NCBI GenBank assembly: GCA_964016885.1 | Contig: OZ024741.1 | Coordinates: forward strand, 87,916,001-87,980,000 | Direction: 5' to 3' | Length of the DNA: 64,000 bases | From: Eledone cirrhosa | Lineage: Eukaryota | In this document: positions 23,959 through 37,188 of the stretch, one piece after another | How the letters are laid out: every line of letters starts with the position of its first letter | How positions within the stretch are numbered: position 1 is the first letter of the stretch | The notes under the pieces: generated by a model | What the model saw: the letters and a program-made list of their open reading frames with translations, nothing else | Told to the model about the DNA's origin: nothing | The model's database searches: none | Position numbers and translations under genes: made by a program

Positions 23959-25478
23959 TATCATCATCATCATCATCATTTTACGTCCGCTTTCCCCTGC
24001 TTGCAAGGATGGGACTGGTCCTATTCAGTACAGCATCTCTCTACTTGTCACAGTCCTCTGTCATCTCCTCCGTGAGCTTCAGTGATCTGAGGTCTACTCT
24101 CCCCACCCCAGCCATGTTTTTCGTGGTCTTCCTCTACTGCGTCTTCTTTCTACTGGAATTTCTTTGCCCTTCTTTACTCAGCGGTCATCCTCTATGCGCA
24201 TCACATGTCCATACCAATTCAGTCTTCTCTCCCACATACTACAATTTATCCCTCTTATACACAGTTTCTCTCTCAACTCATCTATGCTTGGTCGTTCACT
24301 TACATTGACATTGCATATCAAACGGAGCATGCTTGCTTCATTTCTCTCCAGCCGTCGCATATCCTCCGCAGTTGCTGCCCATGTCTCACTACCATGCAGC
24401 ATCGCACATCTCACACAGGCATCATATAACCGGCCTTTCGTTCGCAGGGAGAAATCCTTCTTTGTCAACAGATGAAGCAACTCCCTAAACTTCTTCCAAC
24501 CCGTCCTTATTCTAGATACTATGGCCTCGGAGCACCCTCCTCCCTGGCTAATCTGATCACCTAGGTACCAGAAGCTATTAACCATTTCTATAGATCCTAC
24601 CTGCATTTGAAAAATGTGTCTATCATTGCGACTTCTACTGTCAAATTTCCCTGTATATCTACTGCATATGTAATTTTCCCTACCTGTTAGTTTGCCTGAT
24701 ATCCCACTACATCTCTTGTGTACCCAAGATCAGCATTGTGTACATTTTATAGAATTTATGCCAACTCCTTTTCTACATATCGAACATTTCCCTGATGGAA
24801 AGAGAGTTTTGTCCTCTTTTCTACTTATCAACACTTTAGTCTTAGCTAGGTTCACTCTCACTCCTCTTGATTCCAGCTGCTGTTCCCATAGCCAGAATTT
24901 ATTCTCTAGCTCCTCTACTGATTCTGCTATTAGTACCAGATCATCAGCTTAGAGAAGTTCCCTTGGGCAGCCAGTCTTAAACTCCTCTGTTATGGCTTGG
25001 AGGACTATAATGAACAAGAGCGGGCTGAGGACTGAACCTTGATGTACTCCTACTTGTATCTGGAATTCCTCACTAAACTCCATTCCTACTCTCACTTTAC
25101 TGACAGCACCCCTGTACATAGCTTGCACTGTCCTCACAAGCCATTCCTCTACACCTAGTTTCCTTAGGGACCACCAGATGACAGATCGGGGTACCCTATC
25201 AAAGGCTTTCTCTAGGTCAACAAAAGCTAAGTATAGTGGCTTATTCTTCTCTAAGAACCTCTCTTGTAGTTGTCTCACTAAGAAGAGGGTATCTGTTGTA
25301 CTTTTCCCAGGAACAAAACCAAACTGCATCTCATCTAATTTGACCCTTTCTCTAATTAGTTGTACTAGTATTCTTTCTGCCACTTTCATAACCTGATCCA
25401 TCAGTTTTATGCCCTTATAATTGCTTCTCTCTAGAGCATCCCCATTACCTTTGTAGCAATTTATAAGAATACTGCTGC
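23959..25478 (-). mobile_element. RTE LINE, 5'-truncated, (GAT)n tail
   Basis: YLAFVDLEKAFDRVPR, GVHQGSVLSPLLF, MLHGSETW and WYGHVMR motifs; same family as 50200-56050. Further fragments at 29985-30290(-), 30560-31280(-), 39055-39610(+) and 57430-58025(+). Confidence 0.92.
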
Positions 25479-26468
25479 TATGCACACCAAGATATTATCT
25501 TGGTTAGTTACAGATAGTTTATCCACAAAAATGTTTGTAAAGGAATTAATAAACTAAAAACTTGGTTTTGTACCTTTTTATATATATAAAATACAACAAT
25601 TAGCCCTTTTTGACAGCACTGGGCCAGTTAGTTGAAATATATTGAACCATATCCATGTTGCCACTATTTGGATGAAGTCTACTGTTTGAGGATACCTTCC
25701 TTCCTTCCTCCCACCAGTTTTGAAGCCTTGAAAAGTCATGGGCACTGCCCATCTTTCCCTCAGTAAACAGTAAAAGAAAATAAATAAAAACAAGAACAAA
25801 ACTGAGACACTCGTCCTCTCAAGGAAGCCTACGCAGTGCACTCTACATGTAAATGGAGTTCCACTGAAGAAGGTGAAGTTCAAGTATTTCAGGGGTCGTG
25901 TTCATGAGTGATGGAAGGCAGGAGGTTGAATTAAGTGCAAGAATTGTAGGAGCTGGTGCATTACTGCACCAGCTTCAGCATTCAGTAATCAGAAGAAGGA
26001 AGGTAGGTGTAAAAGCCAAACTTGCGATCTTTAATTCAGTTTCCATGACAACCCTTACCTATAGTCATGAATCTTGGATAAGGACCAAAAGAATACAATC
26101 GTGAATACAAGTGGCCAAAATGGGGTTCCTCCGAAGGCTTTTAGGAGTAATGTTACTCAATAGTGTGTAGCTGGGAGATCAGAGGGTCACTCCATGTAGA
26201 GCCGCTACTTCTCAGAATTGAGAGATCACAGCTCCAATACTATAGGCTAGAATAGGTTAGAATGTCTCAGGAAAGAATTGCTGGACAAATTTTACGAGCA
26301 AAACCAGCCAAGGGTAGAACCCGAGCAATATGATTAGATAACATCCATAAGCTTTGCTGGTCTCACTTGGGGATCCAGCTAGATCAGTTGGACACGGTTG
26401 CTTCTGACAGGTCCCGCTGGTAATATTTATGTAAATACATATATCCAAAAATGATCTCTTTATTGGAT

Positions 26469-27039
26469 ACTAGCAGTGGTACCCGGCGTTGCATGGGTTA
26501 AGGTATTTTGGAACGTGGGCCGCCAACAGACCTAATCGTGGAAAAACTGCATGCCTGGACAATATGTAAAGAAAATAAACCGAATACTCTGATGGCTGGA
26601 TAATATTTAACATTTTCTTCGATGAAGCAGGAAAAATGCAGGTTTTCACCTAATGCGGGCCCTAGGGGATCAAGAAAATTAATTTTTTTTATGTGCATAA
26701 TATGCCTTGAAATTTCGGGAAAATCGGCTAGACGTAACGCCAAAAAAGCCCTAAAAAGCTGAAAATATGAAGTTTTTCACCTAATGTGGACCCTAGGCCA
26801 TAGAAAAAGTTGGATTTTCTTTGCTCACAGTATGAAGAAGAGATTGACTAATACATAGTTACAATTTCAAGGAAATCAGTCTGACATAACGCCTCAAAAA
26901 AACCCTAAAAAGCTAAAAAAAAAAACGCACTTTTTCACCTAATGCAGGCGCTAGGGGATCAAAAAGTTTTAGGGATTCAAACTCAGACACACACACACAC
27001 ACACACAGACAGACATCTTGAGTTTTATATATATAGATA
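26469..27039 (+). mobile_element. Non-autonomous Helentron/HINE-like element
   Basis: Begins ACTAGCAGTGGTACCCGGCGTTGC, has three internal subrepeats (TTTTCACCTAATG..CTAGG) and (CA)n/(CAGA)n, and ends TTTTATATATATAGAT. Confidence 0.65.
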
Positions 27040-27227
27040 TGTATTAGAAGCCTGATGTTAAAATCATGGTGATGGCATGGAAATTATAAATGAAACTGAA
27101 ACTTCATGGTTCAGGTAGCAATCATACAGTGAAAGTTATATGGTTGAAAGAAATTTTCTCTTCAAAGGATTGAATGTGATATTAAATATAGCAAACTTTT
27201 AACAAAATCAGAAATGATGATTTTTAA

Positions 27228-27692
27228 ATCATCATCATTGTTTAACGTCTATCTTCTACGCTAGCATGGGTTAAGACAGGAATTGTCCCACTTGAGGGAA
27301 GATTGGTCGTCTCGCTCGTATAGGACTGTCTGGCAGATTTTCTATGGCTGGATGCCCTCCCTAACACCAACTACGTTTACAGTGTGTACTGGGAGGTTAC
27401 CTACACAACCACATTACAGTGTGGACTGTGTTTTTTTTGTCTTGACACCTACACGACCTCATTTATTTAGGACTGGATGGTGTGGTACCAACATAACTTA
27501 ACAGAGAAAGGGGTAGTGTTGATGGGAGGGGGGTATATTTGGTTAAGAGGTGCCTACTGACTATAGGTTTTGCTTTGTACATAGGCAAGGCAGGTCTTCA
27601 GTATTACTGTATAGCGCCAAAGATCTTGGTCCAGTGGCATTGTCTTAGAGAGGTGTAAGTCTGTAAGGTCGAAATTTATCAAATCATCCCAA
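27228..27692 (-). mobile_element. RTE 3' end / 3' UTR copy
   Basis: Reverse complement of ~55560-56050, including AGGAAGGGCATCCAGC and the (GAT)n tail. More copies near 33770-34500, 44710-44850 and 46770-47365. Confidence 0.75.
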
Positions 27693-30600
27693 TTTAGCAG
27701 AAACTATCTAAAAACAGAATTGTTAATTCAAATGATTGTAATATATTTACTGGTGCATAGATTGTTGTGAAAATTTCCACTATTAAAGTAAAGATTTTAA
27801 TTTTTCATGTGATGCAGTCGTATATCTGGTTTCATACAGCACAGGATGTTATTATTCAAAATTGATTTTTGAAACTTTCCACTAGTATTAAAAGAAGCAG
27901 ATCTATCAGTCTGTGGCAGTTTTTGAGCTAGTAAATCAAATGTATTGATATAAGCAGCCATGTATATTGGTTTATACCTGCATATATGCATAAACACACA
28001 CATATTTGTTTGCACATAAACCCACTTATGTATATACCAGTGAATACATTGCTATACCTGATCACACAAAGGCACTCGTTCATATACATTCAGAAGTACC
28101 TGCATGAATATGCATGCATATATGTACCTTTGTATGTGTTTATGTATGTATGCAAGTGTAAACCAGAATAGGCAGATGCTTACATGAGCATATTTGATTG
28201 TATACACTAATCTGTGAGTACATGTGTATATGGGTGAATATGCAAATGTGAATAAGTATATGTATATTATCATGGATGTTTACATGCATATATATATATA
28301 AGTACAGACAGTAAAACATTATCTTTCAGATATGCCATAATACATCTGAATCATATATTTATCTCACTGAACAGAAAAAGATGGGTGTACAATTATTATT
28401 ATTATTATTGGCAGTATCAGAGAGCAGTGGATTGGCAGTATTGATAGAGTGTCAGAGAACATGCTTCACAGCATAGAGTTACAACCCTTTATGTTCTAAG
28501 TTCAAGTCCCCCCGAGGTTAGCTTTGCCTTTCCTCCTTACATGGTCACTAAATAAAGCACCAGTAATGCACTGGATCAATTTAATTGATTTTCCCTTCCC
28601 CCAAAAATTGCTGGCCTTGTGCCTAAAGTAAAAACAATTATTAATATCAATATCATTAGTATTAACTTTATTACCGTGGTTAACAATTTCCCATACATGG
28701 TAACAATTAATAATATTTTAAGTATTCTTCTTATTTAATAAGTGAAATACATCACTAGCTTTTTACTTTGCACGCAGTAAATCTCTCCACCATACCAAAT
28801 GATGTAATTACATCTCATTTATTTTATATGCAAACTCATAGCTGTAAATCCATTGAACATTATCACATGGAGCTGTTATGTCTTTATATCTGTATCCACA
28901 GATTGATATATATCTGTTTTAGATCCTGTAAAAGGGTGAAGGCTGAAATTGTTTACTTCTTTGCCCACTTATTCCTGAGAGTTGTTGGGGCAGAGATCTT
29001 AAACATTCCTTCCAGCAGGTCCTGTCAGAAGCAACTGTCTCCAACTGATCCAGCTGGATACCCAAGCTCATGGATGTTATCTGTCTTGCTCAGTGTCTCC
29101 CACTGGTTGGTTTTGCTCGTAAAATCTGTCCAGCTATTCTTTCCTTGAGACATTCTAACTACATATTATCAGAACTGTGATCTCTCAATTCGGAGAAGTA
29201 GCAGCTCTACATGGAGTGACTCTCTGATCTCCCAGCTACACACTCTATTGAGTAACATTACTCCAAAAAGAGTTTGGAGTAACCCCATTTTGGCCACTTG
29301 TATTCACGATAATATTCTTTTGGTCCTTATCCAAGATTCATGACCATAGAAAAGGGTTGGCACGAATACCTAACTGAAGATAGTGAGTTTGGCTTTTACA
29401 CCTACCTTCCTTCTTCCAATTTCCAAATGTTGAAGCTGGCACATTACTGCACTAGCATACAATTTTTACACTAAATTCAGTCTCCTGCCTTCCAACACTC
29501 ATGAACACAGACCCCAAGATACTTGAACTTCTCTACCTGCTTCAATGGAACTCCATTCTCATGTAGGGTGCACTACGCAGGCTTCCCTGAAAGGATGAGT
29601 GTCTCAATTTTCATTCCAGCCATGCAGCACTCAGTATTAAACCTATCAAGTGCAAGTCAGAGATCACCTTCCGATGAGTTAAGTAACAGCAAGTTGTCTG
29701 CAAATTCCAGCCAACTGATTTTACACTTGCCAGTCATGATACCACTTCCAACCACACTGTGCATGTCAATCCTGTTCATGAAAATAATGAACAGGAGAAG
29801 TGACAGTACACACCCTTGATGAAGTTCAACTCCCAATTGAATGGTTTTGATTTAGCACCATTTATCCAAACACAAATACTCCGGAATTCATATCGAGACA
29901 TCAGCGCAGCGAGAAGCTGACTATCAATCCGATACTCGCATAAAAGGGTGAAAGTAGAAATTGTTTACTTAAACTTTTAATCTATCATCATAATACGTCA
30001 GCTTTTCAATGCTTGCATGGGTTGGATGAGTCTTTTCCAGCACAGTCTCCCTCCACTCATTCAGGTCCTTCATCATCTCCTCTGTGAGCTTCAGGGATTT
30101 GAGATCAGCTATCACAACTTCTACCCAGATTTTCCTTGGTCTCCCTCTGCTACAGCTTCCTTTCACTGAGATTTTTTGGCAATTTTTCACCCGATGAGCA
30201 TTATCATATGCATCACACGTCCATACCAGCGTAGTTTTCTTCCTGCACACTACATCTGATTCCTCTTATACCCACCTTTTCTCTCAGCATAGTAGCCACT
30301 GAGAGGAACGTTGATAATTTGTGGATCAAAAGATCATTCTTATCAACAAACATAAGCCTAATATTTATAACAGATCTGAGCTCCACGGAGCTTACTGGCT
30401 ATTGTGACCAGTCTGTGCATGTCACTTTTCCACCAACACAACAAAGAATAGCTTATAAGAACATGATGCTACGATTTTTCTTCATTCCTTATTTGAAAAA
30501 GAGGTTTAACCTTGAAATATTATGATACTTAGGATAAAAACTTTAGTTTTGTTTTGTCGTCCTTACTTTACTCAATCTAGTTCCAATATTATATCTTGTC

Positions 30601-31404
30601 TTTCACATATATTAACATTGCACATCCATCCAAGCATGCTTGCCTCATTTCTCTCAAGCCTTCACATATCCTCTGCATTCACTGCCCATGTCTCACTACC
30701 ATGCAACATCGCACATCACACACAAGCATCATACAGCCAGCCTTTTGTTTGTAGAGAGAAACCTTTTGTAGTCAACAAAGGTAATAACTCCCTGAACTTT
30801 TTTCCATTCTCTTCTAGCTACTATGCTCACAGAGCAACCTCTTCAATTGCTAATTATATCACCTAGGTAACAGAAAGCATCAACTACTTCTAAAAATCCT
30901 TCTTGGGATTGGCAAAAGTTTATTCTACTGATTTTCCTACTACTAACTATCCCTGTGCATCTGCTACATATATAGTCTACCTTTTCTGTTAGTCTGCCTG
31001 CTACCCCACTACACATCTTGTGTACCCAAGGTTTACATTGTGTACATCATTTAGAGTTTCTACCTAATCCTTATCTACATATTGTGCAAAGTCCCTTTTC
31101 TGAAGGGATATCAGGTTCTTGTCTCCTTTCCTACTCACTAAGATTTCAGTTTCTCCAAGTTTACTTGAACCCTTTTTGATTCCAATTTGTTTCCAAAGCC
31201 AGAATTTCTTCTCTAGTCCTTCCACAGATTCAGCTATAAGAACCAGGTCATCAGCATATAGAAGTTAGTATGGACAGTCAAACATTTTAAATAATATTAG
31301 TAGTTGAAACATTATTTCGCTTTGTCTACAAAGGGTTGGTGTAATTTCTAACAAATCTTTGTTGTATTATTGCAACATGAACATAAAATATTGAATAAGA
31401 TACT

Positions 31405-31430
31405 TTTATTTTTATAAACATATGTTTATT
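31405..31430 (-). promoter_or_regulatory. Candidate PSMB2 polyadenylation signals (two AATAAA)
   Basis: TTTATT on + at 31405-31410 and 31425-31430, about 60-90 nt after the stop. The AT-rich context lowers specificity. Confidence 0.5.
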
Positions 31431-31492
31431 TTCAGTAGGTGTATGTGGAAAATGAAGTGAAACAGAAAAAGACAGTTCTGAAAATCAATTGT

Positions 31493-31591
31493 CTATGACA
31501 TTTGACTGGATTCTGGATAGTCTCGTATTCCGTTCTTGTCAATAATTCTAACATGGAATGACGGTAGATTTATGACAAATCTCTTTTTTAA
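31493..31591 (-). CDS. PSMB2: PSMB2 final coding exon (99 bp incl. TAG)
   Basis: LKKRFVINLPSFHVRIIDKNGIRDYPESSQMS*, the typical PSMB2 C-terminus; acceptor ttgcag after a pyrimidine tract. Confidence 0.95.
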   Translation of the reverse strand, partial: LKKRFVINLPSFHVRIIDKNGIRDYPESSQMS

Positions 31592-32990
31592 CTGCAAGAA
31601 AGAAAAGCAATGAATAATATCAGAAAAAAAAGAATAAATAAAACATGGCAAAATATGTAGTAGAAATATTAAAACATTATTCTTATGTTACAAAATTGTT
31701 TGTTACATGCAACAAAATATGTTTTAGATAAATATTTTAAAATTGCCAAAAACAAAAGTTTAATTTTCAAGAAATTGAAAAAAAAAAATAGGTAACTGAT
31801 GTCCCATGGACACTATTAATTTGTGAAATTTGAAAATGATTATCACCTCAGTTTCAAAGATATGGCATCACAAATATAGCTAATTATTCATTTAGGTCTA
31901 ATTTGACAAGATTTCGACCAATTTGCTGACCATTCAAATTGTCATATTTCCTAAAATATTCATCCAAATTTCATAAATGAGGTATCAAAATTTTTCTTTT
32001 TGGATGCTCTCCAAGATAAGGTACAGTAGAAGTTAGATTTCAATATTTTCAAAAATTCATAGTGATACCTGCTTAGAGCCACAGAGACAGCATCAGTCTG
32101 ATATAGGCTAAGGGCTATACATAGCACCTGAAACAAACATCTGCCCATTTGCTAGTACACCTCAACAAGGGCCTCTATATCGTGCCTAATAAACTAGGCA
32201 TGATATAGAGGGCATACTAGGCTATCTCTCACTCTTTTGCTTCTTCAATAGACTATTACAGATGTAACTCTTATATCCAACAGTCTTCACTGCCACTATG
32301 AATCCTTTTAGCTAATTACCTGTTAACCTAAATATAATAGTAGATGAGATACTAGCTCTCTATAAAACTGCCTGCCTAACAAGGCTAAGCTATGAACGAG
32401 AACAGAGACAACTCTATATACCCAGTGGTCTTTACTGCTATGAACTGCCTAATAACTAACCATCCATCTGGTATCAAGCCTGACATGTGACCTATGAACA
32501 ATGAAATAAAGACTGATGCAGGGTGTGAGGCTGATACATAATGGAGGGTTGGGGGATGAAACAACCTCTCTGGTGCCAATGAACAAACAAACAGAGACAA
32601 CATAGGGTAGGGAGGACTCTTTAGTTTTGCTGGGAACAAAACAACCTCTTTAGTGCTGATGCCATGATAAAATACACCCAGTAAACTCTGTAAAGTAGTT
32701 GGTAATAGAAAAGGCATCCAGCAATAGAAACCATGACAAGAATGGTTAAGGTGGATTAAGCAAACTTTGGCTGTTATTTCTAGCAAGTGGGAGATTGGAA
32801 TACAATTTAAAAAATTACTCAGGCATAAAAGTATAATGAACCCTTTACCTACTGAAATAGGTTTAACATTCATGTAATAATTAGATCTTAGCTGAAAATT
32901 AATTTAAATATAGAACACTTAGGTTACTAACACGAGATCTAGGCTAATCACAGATAGTTTGGTATCAAAACGGGAATTTGTTTCACATAG

Positions 32991-33198
32991 TTAACTCTTA
33001 ACATCCTGTAATGATTTAGGAGAAAATGTCTAAAAATGGTTTTGTTAATTCAAATATTTACAGTATATTTACTAGTGGACAGATTACTGTGAAAATTTAC
33101 ACTAGATTAGTAATTTGATGCTGTCAAGGTGTTGTTTTATACTTTTCAAGAATGTGATGTAAATGTGGTTTCATGCAGTACAGGGCATTAAGAGTTAA
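32991..33198. mobile_element. piggyBac-like MITE family A
   Basis: TTAA-CTCTTAACATCCTGTA ... TACAGGGCATTAAGAG-TTAA. Second full copy at 49478-49654; partial copies near 27690-27850, 61358-61540 and 63907-64000. Confidence 0.75.
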
Positions 33199-34589
33199 AG
33201 GGGGGGGGGGTTATCATACTTGATGTAATGAGCCAAAAATGCTTAATTAATCAAGATTGCATAGGTATTAAAGAGAAAAAAAAACATTAGTTTTAGTGAC
33301 ATGGGAAAAATTCTCAGGAATGCCTTCTGCACACAAAGTTAAGTGGAGTGAGGTTCAGGTTGATATAATGTAGTGAGCTTAGGAGAAAAATATTTAATTA
33401 AATAATATAATATCCAGAACAAAGAAAAAAAACCATTAACATTAATGGTAATTCCTATCTAGAAAGGCAAAGGAGACAACTCTGTTGAATGGGTGTATAT
33501 GCTCTATGGTGACATGACCCCATTCAATTATTAATTGATTTTGATTTTATATTTGTCTCCCTTGCCTTTATTGACCAGAACTAGCTATTGAAAACTAAGC
33601 ATTTTTTTTCTATACTACAGATGTAATTTTAATTAAAATCTTTTTTAGGAGAAATTCACTACATTATAGTCAAGTATGTAAGCTCTAACTTGACTACATG
33701 TTTTTTAATACTAAAGGCATGGGTAACTTCCCCTCATTCTCTAAACTAGTTTCACAGTCTAACCAGTTATCATCATCATTTAACATCTATTTCCTATGCT
33801 TTGCATGGGTTAAACAGGTTGTCACATTATGAGACAAGTCAGATCAGGTGATCATGTTTTGCTCATACAGATCTGTTTTGGGCTTGGTTTCTATGGCTTG
33901 ATGCCCTTCTTAATGCCAACCATGTTACAGCATGGACTGGGTGCTTTTTATTGTGGCATCAAAATGGCCATCTGACAGAGTGGAGTGGGAGTTTTTTCAT
34001 CATGGTACCACCACAACCTCCTTCAGGGTGGACTGGGTGCTTTTTTTGTCATAGCATCAGCATGACCACCTTACAGAGTGGATTAGTGGCAACAACACTA
34101 TTGAAGAGCAAGTGTGAAGCGAGTCCAGCTTTCCATATTTGTATGCATAGGTTGAACAGGAGAGGTTATCAGGTGTGTATAAAGTTAGGGTTGGAGGGGA
34201 GGGACAAGTATGTAAGTTGGAAATGGATGAGGTGATAAAGCAGGATACCTAGCTGGTGATGGGGGAGAGTAAAAATTGGGGGCAGATTAGGGTCCTCAAC
34301 ATATTTGTTTCATCTTCTGCACATGGAAAGGTGGGTCTTCTGGAGCACAGTATATTGCCAGAGATATTGATCCTGTGTCATCTCCTCTGAGAAGTTCAAT
34401 CGTGTGGGGTCAGCTTTTATCACTTAATCTCAAGGTTTCCTAGGTCTTACTCTTCCATAGTTTCCATCGACTTCGAGCACCCTGCACCTTTTTATGCAGT
34501 AATTATTCTACCTAGTTATTTACTAGCTCTAAATAAATGGAGGGAATTACAAAATACCTCTGGAGTAAATACAATGATCAAAGACTTAC

Positions 34590-34639
34590 CTCATCACGAC
34601 AGGTAGACAACACCTGATAAGCTTCTTTCTCTCCCATAT
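34590..34639 (-). CDS. PSMB2: PSMB2 coding exon 5 (50 bp)
   Basis: (D)MGEKEAYQVLSTCRDE; acceptor tttttcag, donor gtaagt; phase bridges exon 4 and the last exon. Confidence 0.9.
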
Positions 34640-36710
34640 CTGAAAAACATTGGAAAGGAAAAAAAAGAACAGGGCATTTAATGTAAATTTATAATAATGG
34701 TTTCTAATTTAGGCACAAGACCAGCAATTTTGGTGAGAGGGGGGAAAAACTGTGTATATTGACACCAGTACTTGACTGGTACTTTATTTTATTAACTACA
34801 GAAGGGTAAAAGACAAAGTTTACCATGACAAAGTTTAGCATTTCCATTACTCTATATTTACTACTGTATTTTCACGGTAAAGGCTTTAGCTCACATAATA
34901 TTGAATCTACGAGATTTTGATGTCATTATTTTGATAATAATACCTTAACATCAGTATAAGCATCTTGTTACAAACAGTTTGAACAGAAAGAGGTAAGATA
35001 TGGCCAGATATGGCCGGTTTAAACTCAGAATAAATATAGCGAAGCCTTCTGACACTATCATCATCATCACCACCATTAACATCATTCTCTGTTCTACATC
35101 CATTTTCCAAGTTCGCAAGAGTTGTCACTTTCTGAAACCAGACAGGTCAAATCACATCCTAACCATACGTTCCAGTTTGGCATGATTTCTATAACTGGAT
35201 ACCCTTCCTAATGCTAACCACTATACAGCAAGTATGGGGTGCCTTTTATCATACTGACACTGTGTGTAGAGCTGGTGACATTTGTTAATGTCCTGCAGCT
35301 CAACAGTTGAATGTGTAAAGACCAGCAGAACTAAATACCTTACAAAAAGGATAAGTATCAGTAAAGGTATTTGGCCATAGAATACTGCTTCAAAGTATCT
35401 CATTCAGCCCATGCCAGCATAGAAAGTGGAGGTGATGATAATATAGAAATTATGTGATGGGAAGGCTGCAGCCTGATGAAATCAGTCGCCTGCGTACCAG
35501 TAATTAGTGTGTTGTTATGCATGGGAATGTGTCTTGGGTGTGGTTCTGAAGGACATGATTAGTGATTTTTACTTTTTTAATGTTGTATGTATATGATAAG
35601 TTAGATCAGGTTTACATGTATGGATGGTATTTGTACAGCATTAGTTTGGAGTCACTTTGGTCACATTTATGACAGTTATAGTTATATAAACATACAACTA
35701 AATGTCAATTCCTGCATTTGATATACATCTTGCCTTTCAGGGTATTCTCTTCATCAGCTGCTAAATGGATATCACAACAATTTCTACAAACTTCAGAAAG
35801 TATCATCTGCTCCAGCAGTGCCAAGCAGCATTGACACTACAACGGAATGCCTGGGTTCTTTTAGCCTATACTACAGATTACTTTCCCACACTATCAACCA
35901 TGCAGCTACCACACCAAACCATGTGCAGCTCTAAACACTCCAAATATGCAGTATCTGTATTGTTTCATTCCTCACTGAGAACACTGAGAATATATTCTTT
36001 GTTCTCAGCCTTTGTTTTTCTTTAGCATATGAAAAGGCAGTGAATTGGTAGAGCCATTAGAACATCGGATAGAATGCTTTGCAGTATTCATTCTGGCTCT
36101 CTGTGCTCTTAGTTCAAATCCTACTGAGGTTAACTTTGGCTTTCATCATTTCTAGGTCAATAAATAAGGTACCAGTCCAATACTGGGGCTGATTCTTCTT
36201 CTACACCTCTTTCTTACTCTTTCCCTCTTGTTCTCTGTGTTCATACCCAGAGAGGGATGGCCTCGGCTAGGTTTTAAATGCCTAAATCATGTTGTATATC
36301 ATAACTGCACCCATGACTGCATCAGTAATTATGGGTCCACACACATACTATACATATGCTACATTCATGAAAAAAAATTTGTCTGCTGCACTCTGGTTCA
36401 CATATCACTATTTTGCTTATTTCCTAAGTCAATGTCAGCTAGATAAGACAGTAGATCTAGTTACAAATCCACAACATCCCACTTCTTAGGAAAAAAACCA
36501 TGTACTGCCATCCTAATTGCTGCATTCACATGCATATAGCTATAAAACTGTCTGTGTACATATGATATATATCATCATCATCATCACCATTTAACATCCA
36601 TTTTCCACGCTATCAGGGTTAGACAAGTTGTCCATTTGTGAGACAAGCCAGATCATGTGACTGTGTCTTGCTCATACAGAGGTAGATCTAGTGGTAGGGA
36701 GTGGATGAAG

Positions 36711-36759
<49 letters not shown>

Positions 36760-36877
36760 AAAAGTGATGTGCTCGTGCATAGAGATGCAATAAAATAGCT
36801 TATAATATAGGGTGAAGACCCTTAAAGACAGAAAAAGAAGTTGCCATTGGTCGCTATATATATATATTTATATATAC

Positions 36878-37188
36878 CCAGGGAGTGTAACGCGGAGTTA
36901 CTGTAGGTTCACCCGGGTGAGCACTCAATGTTTATGTTACTTCAGTATAGAGGTGTAGAGCTAGAGAATGTAGTATAATAATACAAGGACGAATGGTTAC
37001 TCCTTCATTACGTTTATTGGTTGGTGACGCGCGTTTCACTAGTCATTACTACCACAGAGGTCTGACGAGCTTTTGATTCCAGAGTCGGGCTAGTTCAATA
37101 CAGATCAAACCTTGTGCTGATCAGTAACAAAACGCACGTCACCAACCAATAAACATAATGAAGGAATAACCATTCATCCTTGTATTAT
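36878..37188. mobile_element. Fold-back element in (TA)n: 59-bp arms 36978-37036 / 37130-37188 plus one-sided tail, with decayed hammerhead at 37059-37143 (+)
   Basis: GGU-CUGACGA-G..~60 nt..C-AAAAC-GCAC-GUC^ACC; the opposite arm retains GAAACGCGCGUC. Confidence 0.7.

Noticed and set aside
35473-35500. CTGATGA hammerhead core
   Set aside because: No matching GAAA, stem III or stem I partner nearby.
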